A DNA stretch of 64,000 nt from Candidatus Kaiserbacteria bacterium (GTDB taxonomy: Bacteria > Patescibacteriota > Minisyncoccia > Phycocordibacterales > Phycocordibacteraceae), in contig CAWEXP010000009.1 of NCBI GenBank assembly GCA_963813065.1, forward strand, positions 1,931 to 65,930, written 5' to 3'. The position numbers and the translations under genes were made by a program. Below are positions 37,832 to 46,709 of the stretch, in pieces; position 1 is the first letter of the stretch, and each line of letters starts with the position of its first letter. A model generated the notes under the pieces. It worked only from the letters and a program-made list of their open reading frames with translations, made no database searches and was not told the origin of the DNA.

Positions 37832-38131
37832 TTATTTCGTGCTCGGTGCACCTGCCGCTGTGTTCGTTACGGTCGGCGGAATCATCTGGGTGCGCATGAC
37901 GCCGGTGTCGCCGGAATACATGACACCGCCGCCCCACCCCTGACTTTGCATCATGCGATAGCCCTCGTGCATACCGCCGCCGATGGTCGCGCGGATTTCG
38001 CCGAACTCGAAGCCGCACCAGAAGATGAAGAGCGCGATGACCACGGCAGTCAGGCCGCGTATCGCGCGGTGGTGATGCCACTGGCACTTCCCGTCGCACT
38101 TCATTCCATTCTCACCGTTGTTCATGTCCAT
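37832..38131 (-). CDS. small Cys/His-containing membrane protein divergent from the sigma factor
   Basis: 99 aa with CDGKCQWHHH and a TM helix. A terminator lies at 37790-37830. Confidence 0.3.
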   Translation of the reverse strand: MDMNNGENGMKCDGKCQWHHHRAIRGLTAVVIALFIFWCGFEFGEIRATIGGGMHEGYRMMQSQGWGGGVMYSGDTGVMRTQMIPPTVTNTAAGAPSTK

Positions 38132-38231
38132 AGGAGTTCAAAAAGGATTAAGGCGAGCTGGCTCGCTTACTCAATACTACCCCATAGACGAATGTTTGTT
38201 TCAAGGATTGCGTAGTAAGATAGGCGGACCT

Positions 38232-38801
38232 ATGCCAGGGGAATTCACCGACGAGCAAATAGTCCGCCGTACGCTCGCCAACAAGGACGAGTTTGCGCTT
38301 CTTATCGAGCGATACGAGGCCAAGTTGAATCGCTATCTCCAGCGCCTCGGCCTCGCTCTGCCCGAGGATAGGGAAGATGTCTTGCAGAACGCGTTCATCA
38401 AGGCCTACAAAAATCTGAACAGCTTCGACCCCGATCTCTCGTTCTCGTCGTGGATCTATCGTATCGCGCACAACGAGGCGATGAGCTTCTTCCGCTCGCG
38501 ACAGGCGCGGCCGCAAGTCACCCTCTCTGAGGATTCGGAAAGTCTGCTTACGGAGCTTCGCGACGATTCAGCGGATACGGCGGCACTCTCGGAGCTCCGG
38601 CTCTCGAGCGCCGAGCTCGCGAAAGCCTTTGCGACGCTTGAACCGAAGTATCGCGATGTGCTGACTCTCCGCTTCTTCGAGGAACGCTCCTACACTGACA
38701 TGTCTGATATCCTACAAGTGCCGGTGGGGACCGTTTCAACCATGATTCATCGGGCCAAGAAAGCGCTCCGCTCTGCACTGCCAAAACATTTCATGCCATG
38801 A
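38232..38801 (+). CDS. ECF-type RNA polymerase sigma factor
   Basis: Regions 2 and 4: ...LQNAFIKAYKNLNSFDP...SSWIYRIAHNEAMSFFR... and ...VLTLRFFEERSYTDMSDILQVPVGTVSTMIHRAKKAL... Confidence 0.8.
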   Translation: MPGEFTDEQIVRRTLANKDEFALLIERYEAKLNRYLQRLGLALPEDREDVLQNAFIKAYKNLNSFDPDLSFSSWIYRIAHNEAMSFFRSRQARPQVTLSEDSESLLTELRDDSADTAALSELRLSSAELAKAFATLEPKYRDVLTLRFFEERSYTDMSDILQVPVGTVSTMIHRAKKALRSALPKHFMP

Positions 38802-39652
38802 CCGACCATTTTCACGAACAGAACATAATTCCCGACCCGCTCGCGCGGCGCGTGCTTGACCGTATCGACGCCGAGAAGGTCGCGCCGCGTCCGCGGTGGG
38901 AATTCGTCGGCGAGAATTATTTGTTCTGGAGCCTCGGCGCGCTCGCGGTGGTGCTCGGCGCATTCGCGTTCTCGGCCGCGCTCTTCGAGGTAACGAACGC
39001 GAGTTGGACATTGTATGCGGCGACGCACTCCAGCTTCATCGCCTTTTTTCTCTCGGTTGCGCCATTCCTCTGGGCCCTCGTGCTCGTGGTCTTCATCGGC
39101 ATCGGCTACGCGAACATTCGCCACACGAAGCGCGGCTATCGTTACTCGCTCGCCGTCATTGCGCTCGGCGCGGTGCTTACCTCGATAACACTCGGCACGG
39201 CGCTCTATGCGAGCGGGTGGGGTGGGGCAGTTGAGGAATCAATCGGCGACCACCCGCCCTTCTATCGACCGATTATGGTTGCAGAGCGCAATTGGTGGGA
39301 GGCGCCGGCACAAGGCGTTCTCGCGGGCGAGGTGCTCTCGGTGGCGAGCGATACTTCCTCGTTCGTGGTGAAAGATTTTTCCGGCACCATTCGCATTATT
39401 GACGCCGACGACCTGCGTGCACCTGACCTGCGGGAGCTTATCGTCGGCGCAACGGTGAGGATTATTGGTGCACCAGCGTCCGCGACGAGCACCGAGCACC
39501 TGTTCCACGCCTGTTTCGTCTTCCCCTGGAATGCGGACCAAGAAGTGGTCGTCCCACCTCCGGCGGGCGAAAGAAGTCCTGCTCCGGAGCGTAGTGATGA
39601 GTGTAAGGGCATCCGCCCTTACGGAGCGCTCCATGCGCTTCATGGAGAATAG
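38798..39652 (+). CDS. putative membrane anti-sigma factor
   Basis: Overlaps the sigma stop (ATGA). Has TM helices and a C-terminal extracytoplasmic domain. Confidence 0.5.
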   Translation: MTDHFHEQNIIPDPLARRVLDRIDAEKVAPRPRWEFVGENYLFWSLGALAVVLGAFAFSAALFEVTNASWTLYAATHSSFIAFFLSVAPFLWALVLVVFIGIGYANIRHTKRGYRYSLAVIALGAVLTSITLGTALYASGWGGAVEESIGDHPPFYRPIMVAERNWWEAPAQGVLAGEVLSVASDTSSFVVKDFSGTIRIIDADDLRAPDLRELIVGATVRIIGAPASATSTEHLFHACFVFPWNADQEVVVPPPAGERSPAPERSDECKGIRPYGALHALHGE

Positions 39653-39729
39653 TTAGGTTTTTACCTTGCTAGGGGCGATGCGCCGTTGCGAGCCGGTGCG
39701 TCGCCCTCTCCGTACCTGCTTTCTTTGCT

Positions 39730-40086
39730 ATGCTTAAATCTATGGTAAAAACGATATCACTCATCTTTGGCGTCATCCTGGCACTCCTCGGACTCCTGGG
39801 GTTCGTCAGTAACCCGCTCATTGGGGTGAACGCCATCTTTGCCACTGATGCGGTGCACAACGGTATCTATCTCCTCGTCGGCCTCGCGCTCCTCGGCGCC
39901 GGACGCTGGGCCAGCCCACGCGCTACGAGCCTCTGGCTCAAGAGCATCGGCATTTTTATATTTCTGCTGGGATTTATTTCGACGAACACCAACGCCGGCT
40001 GGCTCAATATTGCGCTCGGATTTGGCATCTTCTCGGCAAGCTATTGGCGGACTGATTCGGTACCCGTCAACGCGCGTGTGTCTTGA
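39730..40086 (+). CDS. small 4-TM membrane protein (DUF4383-like)
   Basis: 118 aa, hydrophobic. Confidence 0.4.
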   Translation: MLKSMVKTISLIFGVILALLGLLGFVSNPLIGVNAIFATDAVHNGIYLLVGLALLGAGRWASPRATSLWLKSIGIFIFLLGFISTNTNAGWLNIALGFGIFSASYWRTDSVPVNARVS

Positions 40087-40331
40087 GTAGTGCCGCGAAT
40101 TGTTCCTGCACTTTCTGTAATTTCGGCGCAATGATCACCTGGCAGTAGCCCTGGTTCTGGTTTTTCTCGTAGAAGTCGCGGTGGTATGCCTCGGCGGGGT
40201 AGAACTTCGTGAGTGGTGCAACCTCAGTAGCGATGGGCGCGCCCGTTTTCGCCGAAGCGTTGAGGCCGGCAATGAAATTCTCTGCAGAGTGTTTCTGCGC
40301 CTCAGAGGTATAGAGAATCAGCGAGCGATAC
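40082..40331 (-). pseudogene. msrA: msrA 3' half (split by IS30 copy 2)
   Basis: ...YRSLILYTSEAQKHSAENFIAGLNASAKTGAPIATEVAPLTKFYPAEAYHRDFYEKNQNQGYC... resumes directly after the IS end. Confidence 0.8.
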
Positions 40332-41395
40332 CCCGCTCGACGGGCTCAATCCGAACACTCGAATTTCATGCGCCTCGGCGCTTTTTTCGTTTCCGTACCG
40401 CAGCTAATGCTTCCGCCGGAGTTTTGTATTGGAGGCATTTCAGTATCCTCCGGTTCAGCTTGTCCTCGAGCTTTTGTATAAATGCCTTTGAATAGCGAGA
40501 AATGTTTGCGCCTTTCGGTATGTCTTTGCGTATGACGCCGTTTGTATTCTCAACCGTTCCTTTCTCCCAGGAGTGATACGGCCGACAGAAATAGATGCGC
40601 ACCCCCAGAAGAGTGGCGAGTGCCTGATGATCTCGGAACAAAATATCGTTGTCAGTGGTGATGGTGCGGAGCTCGGGGAATCTCTGTTGAATGCGGAGGA
40701 ATGCCCGGTGCACGTTCGCCACTGACACATCGAGAATGCGTTCGATGAACGTGACGCGGAGCTTCCGGTCGACCACCACGAGCAGGATGCCTCTGCCAGT
40801 CTTGCCCGAGACAATGAAGTCAGCCTCGACATCTCCGCTCCTCGAACGAGCGTTGATATGCCTGGGCCGTTTGTCGATGAAGGTTCGCTCTGAAAGAGCC
40901 GCGACTCTCGGGTGATACTTTCTTCGTTTCTGCTTTCGCGCGTTCCGATGCGACTCAATTCTCCGGCCATACACGCTTTTGATGAATCGGTACACGCCGT
41001 CTTTCGAGATGGTCGGCAGACGCTTGGCATACTTCCGGACTCTTCCGGCGATGTTCTCGGGCGATTGGTCGTCATACAACAGCTCTTCCACGAGTGAACG
41101 CAGACCCGCATGCCCGACGATCTTCATGCCTTGATACTTCGCGTACTTTCTTCGTGCATACGCCTTGTGTGCAGCCTTCTGTACATCATACAAACCTCGC
41201 ACTCGATTCCTCTTCAACTCTTCCGAGATGCTGGAAACACTGCGGCCAAGAGCTCGAGCAATCGCACGGAGCGAATACTTCTTGCGCTTCAGTATTGAAA
41301 TCTCAGACCGCTCGCTCGTGCTCAGCTGCTTCCAACGTTTCTTTTTTCATGCACGCACAATACCGCGAGTGTTCGGATTCATATGAGAATGCGCG
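40332..41395 (-). mobile_element. IS30-family insertion sequence, copy 2 (1064 bp; 3-bp TSD GTA), inserted in msrA
   Basis: Identical to copy 1 apart from one base. The flanks ...gagGTA|IS|GTAtcgc reconstruct the msrA codons G-T-E-Y-R-S. Confidence 0.9.
40366..41349 (-). CDS. IS30 family transposase, copy 2 (HTH in +1 frame after an A6 tract; 283-aa DDE ORF intact)
   Basis: The ORF 40366-41217 is intact, including ...TTDNDILFRDHQALATLLGVRIYFCRPYHSWEKGTVENTNGVIRKD... The N-terminal HTH lies upstream in the +1 frame relative to the ATG at 41349. Confidence 0.8.
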
Positions 41396-41679
41396 TACTC
41401 GGTACCCGTGTCGGGGCCCTGGCGATTGACCTGCGTCGCATCATGCGACCCGAAGAAGACCGTGAGCAGATTGGTATAGCTAATCTGGTTGGGGTCGAAC
41501 TCAACTTTGATGACCTCGGCGTGGCCCGTGCGGCCGCTCGCGACCCGTTCGTACGTCGGCGCTTCACTCGTACCGCCCGCGTATCCCGGCTCAACGCTCT
41601 CGATACCTCGCAACATTTTAAAAACAGCTTCTGTGCACCAGAAGCACCCACTCCCGAAAACGGCTGTTTCTGTGTTCAT
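41396..41679 (-). pseudogene. msrA: msrA 5' half (fused to the IS30 terminus)
   Basis: MNTETAVFGSGCFWCTEAVF...GHAEVIKVEFDP...NRQGPDTGTEY, then IS-derived AHSHMNPNTRGIVRA-stop. Confidence 0.8.
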
Positions 41680-41728
41680 GCACGTATCGTAGCAAATAAA
41701 AAACGGGCCCCGTGGGGCCCGTCGAAGG

Positions 41729-42487
41729 TTATGTGTGGTGAGCATCTGGTAGAGATTGCATAAGATCAGCGAAGGAACCGCCATCTTCTTCATCATTCCA
41801 GTCGAGGAGTGCGGCGGCCGTGAGTTGCATGGCCGTGTCGCTCCCGCCGCGCCGGAAGAGCCACTTCACCGCGTCGGACATCTCAATGCCACTGTCATGG
41901 AAAAGGCATCCGATGCCCTGAAAGAAATGACGATCCAGATAGTCGTCCAGGAGTGGACCACCAACAACCGTTTCGATCTTGTCGAACACGCGTCCTTCGG
42001 CATCGTCTCCGAAGCCAGAGGTGAGTGCATGCCGCACTAATTCGTGGCGCATCTCGAGCGAGGATTTTTCTTCGGCAAAGTCGAGTGCGAATTCAAGCGC
42101 GTCACGCCAGTCCCGCATCAATGCTTCATCGAACGCAACGGCATAAATAATCGCGTCGGCATCGAGTTCGGAGAGATACGACGCGAGCTCGAACGCTTTT
42201 GCATCGTCGCCGCCATCGCCGAACACCTCGTAGAATGCCCGTGCGGCTTCCGAGAGTTTGTCCGGGTTGAAGTCATCGCGCGACCAGTCGCCGACTTCCA
42301 TGACCAGCTCTGTGATGCGCTCCTCGAGCATGGCGAAGTGCGCCTGCATTTCGTCGAAATACGCGGTGTCGCTTTTCGAGAGAGGGCCGGCGATTCGTTC
42401 GAGTCGCTGGCGCTGTACCTCAGTCAGGTGATACCGCTGTTTTGCTTCGGCGAGCACGACGGCGTCGAACATGTTTCTATCGAACAT
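41729..42487 (-). CDS. hypothetical acidic protein
   Basis: 252-aa ORF. A terminator lies at 41700-41725 on this strand. Confidence 0.4.
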   Translation of the reverse strand: MFDRNMFDAVVLAEAKQRYHLTEVQRQRLERIAGPLSKSDTAYFDEMQAHFAMLEERITELVMEVGDWSRDDFNPDKLSEAARAFYEVFGDGGDDAKAFELASYLSELDADAIIYAVAFDEALMRDWRDALEFALDFAEEKSSLEMRHELVRHALTSGFGDDAEGRVFDKIETVVGGPLLDDYLDRHFFQGIGCLFHDSGIEMSDAVKWLFRRGGSDTAMQLTAAALLDWNDEEDGGSFADLMQSLPDAHHT

Positions 42488-42565
42488 CGGGGTCTCCTTT
42501 GGAACCGTTCGTTCTGGGCAGGACTATAGCTCAATACCAGCCGACTGTCATGCTAGACTGGTGGC

Positions 42566-42856
42566 ATGTTTGGCGATCGGCCCCGCGTCACCCCTACCGA
42601 ATGGAAGGAGTACGTCCGACCACATTTGAGCAATCAGGGACTTACCGACCACCAGCTCGACCGGCTCGAGAGTCTGTTCGAGCAGAGTTTCCAGGCCAAT
42701 CCCTCAATTCCCGACTGGAAGCCGGGCATCGACCAGGCCGCGCTGGATCAAACCATGCAGTATCTTCGCGCACACAAGGAGGAATCGCTGTTTGACGATC
42801 ATCAGCTCGACCTCGTGCAGGCTGAGCTCTTGAAGTACATCAGTATTGCGACGTAG
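42566..42856 (+). CDS. hypothetical protein
   Basis: 96-aa ORF. Confidence 0.3.
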   Translation: MFGDRPRVTPTEWKEYVRPHLSNQGLTDHQLDRLESLFEQSFQANPSIPDWKPGIDQAALDQTMQYLRAHKEESLFDDHQLDLVQAELLKYISIAT

Positions 42857-43228
42857 TTATTTCTTCTCTTCTTTTTCGAAGTCGAGACAGACCGAATTGA
42901 TGCAGTAACGTTTGCCGCCCTTCTCGCGCGGACCGTCATCGAAGACATGGCCCAGGTGCCCACCACAATTCTTGCAGTAGACTTCGGTGCGCATGCCGTC
43001 GTGGTCGAGGCGCGTGCCGACGTGCGCGGCGACCGCCGGGTCAGTGAATGAAGGCCAGCCCGTGCCAGAATCGAATTTTGCTGAAGAATCGAAAAGTACC
43101 GTACCGCATTGCTTACAGCGATACACGCCCGCCTCATGATTGTCGAGGTATGCGCCCGAGAAGGGCGCCTCCGTCCCGCCCTCGACCAGCACTGCGCGCT
43201 CTTCTGGGGTGAGTTCTTTCATGTCCAA
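42857..43228 (-). CDS. msrB: peptide-methionine (R)-S-oxide reductase MsrB
   Basis: CxxC...CxxC zinc site and the RYCINS active site. Confidence 0.85.
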   Translation of the reverse strand: MDMKELTPEERAVLVEGGTEAPFSGAYLDNHEAGVYRCKQCGTVLFDSSAKFDSGTGWPSFTDPAVAAHVGTRLDHDGMRTEVYCKNCGGHLGHVFDDGPREKGGKRYCINSVCLDFEKEEKK

Positions 43229-43273
43229 ATTATATCATTTGCGCCTTAAGCGCTCGGCGGGTAGGATAGAGGT

Positions 43274-43708
43274 ATGAAACGAATTGGTGTGGTGCTGATA
43301 CTCGTGTGCGCATTCCTCGGGCTCGCCGATTCTGTCTATCTCACCCAGAACGAAGTCGCGGGGACGCCGCTGCTCTGCAATATCCAACATCTCACCGGCT
43401 GTAACATCGTCGCGCAGAGTGCCTATTCTTATATGTTCGGCGTTCCGACCGCCGAGTACGGACTTATCTTCTACGGTCTGCTCTTCGTGCTCGCGGCCGT
43501 GGAGTTGGCCGTCTTCAACTGGCTCTTGCGTCGTGTTCTGCAGGTGATGGCGATTGGCGGCGTCACCTTCTCGCTCTACAGCGTTCTCCTGCAATTTTTC
43601 GTCATTCACGCACTCTGTATCTACTGCCTCGCCTCGGCCGTACTCGCGCTTCTCGTTTTCATTTTCGCCTGCTTCATCGAGCCGCTCCCTCCGCCACAGC
43701 GAACCTAG
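43274..43708 (+). CDS. vitamin K epoxide reductase (VKOR) family protein
   Basis: 4 TM with a CIYC active-site motif. Confidence 0.6.
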   Translation: MKRIGVVLILVCAFLGLADSVYLTQNEVAGTPLLCNIQHLTGCNIVAQSAYSYMFGVPTAEYGLIFYGLLFVLAAVELAVFNWLLRRVLQVMAIGGVTFSLYSVLLQFFVIHALCIYCLASAVLALLVFIFACFIEPLPPPQRT

Positions 43709-43710
43709 CC

Positions 43711-44880
43711 ATGCGCCTTTCATTACTCATCCTACTCGCCGCGCTTGCACTGCCGGGGAGCGCTTTTGCGGCGACTGCGCACGAGGCGACCTTCCTCGCG
43801 GGGCGTTCGCTCTTCATCGCGAGCTCGTCGCCCGCAAATGAATACCTTGCAGGCGCGACCATCACCGTCACGGGAGCAACCAAGGGTGATCTCACTGCGC
43901 TCGGTGGCACCAACACCATCGCCGCGCCGGTCGGTGGTGACCTGCTCGTGCTCGGCGGCTCCGCAACACTCCGTTCAACAGTCGCGGGTGATGTGCGCGC
44001 AATTGCGGGTACATTCTCTGCCGAGCAATCAATCGCGGGCGACCTGGTGGTGCTCGCGGGTTCGGTGCAGGCGGCGGGGCACGTTGGCGGGAGTATCTTC
44101 ATCGCCGGCTCAACCGTGTCGCTCACGGGCGGCGCAGGAGGGCCAGTGACCATTTACGGCAATACCGTCACGCTCGGTGGAACTTTTGCTGGTGATGTCA
44201 CCATCGTTTCGAGTGGTGCAGTCTCGCTCGAGTCCGGCACGCACATCAAGGGCAATTTCTCGTACTCAGCATCAGAGGCGGCGCAGGTGCCTGCTGATGC
44301 GACGATTAGTGGAACGATTACCTACCAGGGCTCCTCGAATCTCCCGACTTCGAGCGAGGCCCATGCGCTGGCGCTCGCGAGTGTCGGCGTTTTCCTCCTC
44401 ACCCGCATCATCGCGTCGCTCATTCTCGCGGGTCTCTTGGCCGGCCTCTTCCCGCGACTCGCGATTGACCTCACGCGCCGCGCCGCGCGGGGCAGTGCGC
44501 GTTCGATTCTCCTCACCACGCTCCTCGGCTTTGCCGTACTCGTCGCAACACCCGCGCTGATCCTCCTGTTCTCGATCAGTTTCGTCGGATTCGGCGTCGC
44601 ACTTCTCGTGCTCATTGTCTACGCACTCCTCGTTCTTTTGGCACTAGTCTACGCCGGCATACTGATTGGTGCGCTCGGTGCGTGGCGCTTCGCACGTCGC
44701 GAGACGGTCATCTGGCGTGACGGTGTCCTCGGGATGCTCGTGCTTTCGCTCCTCCTCCTCATCCCCATTCTGGGTGTTGTCCTCCTCGCATTCCTCGCAA
44801 CCTTCGCGGCCGGGGCACTCGTCCTACAATTTTTCCACGTCGCTTTTCCCCAAGAACCAGAAACGGCCGAATTGCTATAA
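43711..44880 (+). CDS. secreted repetitive (bactofilin-like GD-repeat) protein with C-terminal multi-TM domain
   Basis: Signal peptide, then repeated ...GGD..V.G... units, then hydrophobic C-terminal helices. Confidence 0.4.
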   Translation: MRLSLLILLAALALPGSAFAATAHEATFLAGRSLFIASSSPANEYLAGATITVTGATKGDLTALGGTNTIAAPVGGDLLVLGGSATLRSTVAGDVRAIAGTFSAEQSIAGDLVVLAGSVQAAGHVGGSIFIAGSTVSLTGGAGGPVTIYGNTVTLGGTFAGDVTIVSSGAVSLESGTHIKGNFSYSASEAAQVPADATISGTITYQGSSNLPTSSEAHALALASVGVFLLTRIIASLILAGLLAGLFPRLAIDLTRRAARGSARSILLTTLLGFAVLVATPALILLFSISFVGFGVALLVLIVYALLVLLALVYAGILIGALGAWRFARRETVIWRDGVLGMLVLSLLLLIPILGVVLLAFLATFAAGALVLQFFHVAFPQEPETAELL

Positions 44881-44887
44881 TTCCACT

Positions 44888-45358
44888 ATGACTATTCCAT
44901 CCGTTGGTACCGCCGCTCCTGCGTTTACGCTCCCTGACCAGGATGGCAAAGAGCACACGCTTGCCGATTATCGGGGAAAATGGGTTTTGCTCTATTTCTA
45001 CCCCAAGGACGATACTCCTGGTTGCACCATAGAAGCCTGCACCATCCGTGATCAGTTCAAAGATTTCAAAACGATTGGCGCGGTCGTGCTCGGCGTCTCG
45101 ACTGACTCGGTCGCGAGCCACAAGAAGTTCGCGAGCGCCTACGAGCTCCCCTTCACTCTCCTCGCAGACGTACACAAAGAAGTCGTGGGGAAGTACGGCG
45201 TCTTCGGCGAGAAGAAGTTTATGGGCCGCACCTACATGGGCACCGCACGCACGTCATTTCTGATTGATCCCAAAGGCACCGTCGCAAAAGTGTACGAGCA
45301 CGTGAAGCCGGAGAAACACGCCGCCGAGGTCATTGCGGATTTGAAAGCATTGTCATGA
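44888..45358 (+). CDS. bcp: thiol peroxidase / peroxiredoxin Bcp
   Basis: ...VLLYFYPKDDTPGCTIEAC... Confidence 0.8.
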   Translation: MTIPSVGTAAPAFTLPDQDGKEHTLADYRGKWVLLYFYPKDDTPGCTIEACTIRDQFKDFKTIGAVVLGVSTDSVASHKKFASAYELPFTLLADVHKEVVGKYGVFGEKKFMGRTYMGTARTSFLIDPKGTVAKVYEHVKPEKHAAEVIADLKALS

Positions 45359-46020
45359 CGCTATCGCTCGCAGAGCGGAAAGCACGCCCTACTTCGCTAA
45401 AGCTACGTAGGGCAAGGGCGAAGAAAATTGTCGCATACCTGAAGAAGACGTACCCGGTGCCCAAGAGCGAATTGCGGTACTCGACGCCCCTGCAATTCCT
45501 CGTGGCGGTGATGCTCTCGGCGCAATGTACCGACAAGACGGTGAATCGCGTCACGGAAAAACTCTGGAAGAAATACAAAACGGCGAAAGACTTTGCAAAG
45601 GCCAAGCCCGCTGTTTTCCAGAAAGAAATTTCGAGTATCACTTTTTTCCGCAACAAGACGAAAGCGATTATCAGTACCGCCAAAATCATTCAAAATGATT
45701 TTGGCGGTACGGTTCCACATACTGAAGCCGAGCTCGTCACTCTGCCTGGTGTCGGCTACAAGACCGCGCACGTCGTGCTCGGCGAGCTCTATGGCATCTG
45801 GGAGGGCATCGCGACCGACACGCACGTCAAGCGATTCGCGAAACGTTTTGACCTAACCGACAACGACGACCTTAAAAAGATTTCCAAAGACTTGGAGGTG
45901 CTTATACCGAAAAAAGACTGGAAATACGTCAACAACGGCCTTGTCCTCTACGGCCGCTACGTCTGTCCGGCCCGCCCGCATGATTGCTCTAGGCATCCGC
46001 TGACGCTGGCGGTACGATAG
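45355..46020 (+). CDS. nth: endonuclease III (HhH-GPD, 4Fe-4S)
   Basis: ...LVAVMLSAQCTDKTVN...LPGVGYKTAHVVL...DTHVKR...C.ARPHDC... It contains a 28-bp repeat at 45387-45414 in its N-terminal tail. Confidence 0.8.
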   Translation: MTLSLAERKARPTSLKLRRARAKKIVAYLKKTYPVPKSELRYSTPLQFLVAVMLSAQCTDKTVNRVTEKLWKKYKTAKDFAKAKPAVFQKEISSITFFRNKTKAIISTAKIIQNDFGGTVPHTEAELVTLPGVGYKTAHVVLGELYGIWEGIATDTHVKRFAKRFDLTDNDDLKKISKDLEVLIPKKDWKYVNNGLVLYGRYVCPARPHDCSRHPLTLAVR

Positions 46021-46024
46021 CGGC

Positions 46025-46709
46025 ATGCAAAAGGTCGCCGTATTCGACATCGACGGAACCGTCTTCCGCTCCTCGCTTCTGATTGAACTGGTCGAGCGGC
46101 TGGTGAAAGAAGGTGTGTTCCCACCCGAGACGCGTGCCGCGTATGAGGTCGAGCGCGTGCGTTGGCTCGACCGGAAGGGCGACTACCCGAGCTATATCAA
46201 TAAGGTCGTACAAGTTTTTGCAAAACAACTGAAAGGCGTGCCCTACGAGACGGTCGCGGACATTGCGGGCGAGGTGATTGAAGAGCAGAAGGACCGCGTC
46301 TATCGCTACACCCGCGACCTGATTCGCGAAGTGAAAAAGAAAAAATATTTCCTGCTCGCCATCTCGCACTCGCCCAAGTTTATTGCCGATGGCTTCTGTC
46401 ACGAGCAAGGGTTCGACAAGGTCTACGGCACCTTCTACTCGACCGGCCCCTCGGGCAACTTCACCGGCCTGATGGAGGATGAAGCGTTAATAAAAAATAA
46501 AGCGGCGGTACTCACGCGCGCGGTGCGGAAGGAGAGCCTGACACTCGAAGGCTCGATTGGCGTTGGTGACACCGAGAGCGACATCGGTATGCTCGATCTC
46601 GTCGAGCGTCCGATTTGTTTCAATCCGAATCAAGAACTCTACACGCATGCGAAGTCGTCGCGGATGGGAAGTGGTGGTGGAACGAAAAGATGTTATCTAC
46701 CAAATCTGA
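46025..46709 (+). CDS. HAD-superfamily phosphatase, frameshift near 46660
   Basis: FDIDGTVF DxDxT motif. The C-terminus continues in another frame (...RRGWEVVVERKDVIYQI-stop at 46707-46709). Confidence 0.55.

Noticed and set aside
12861-41395. The two IS30 copies plus the intervening 26 kb as a single composite transposon
   Set aside because: Each copy has its own distinct 3-bp target-site duplication (AGA and GTA). Copy 2 precisely bisects msrA. This indicates two independent insertions rather than one composite unit.
46615-46700. N-terminal 25 aa of the ORF-track MutY-like ORF (MFQSESRTLHACEVVADGKWWWNEK)
   Set aside because: This stretch is the out-of-frame shadow of the HAD phosphatase C-terminus. 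The glycosylase more plausibly starts at or after 46690, and the intervening repeat element is probably non-coding.
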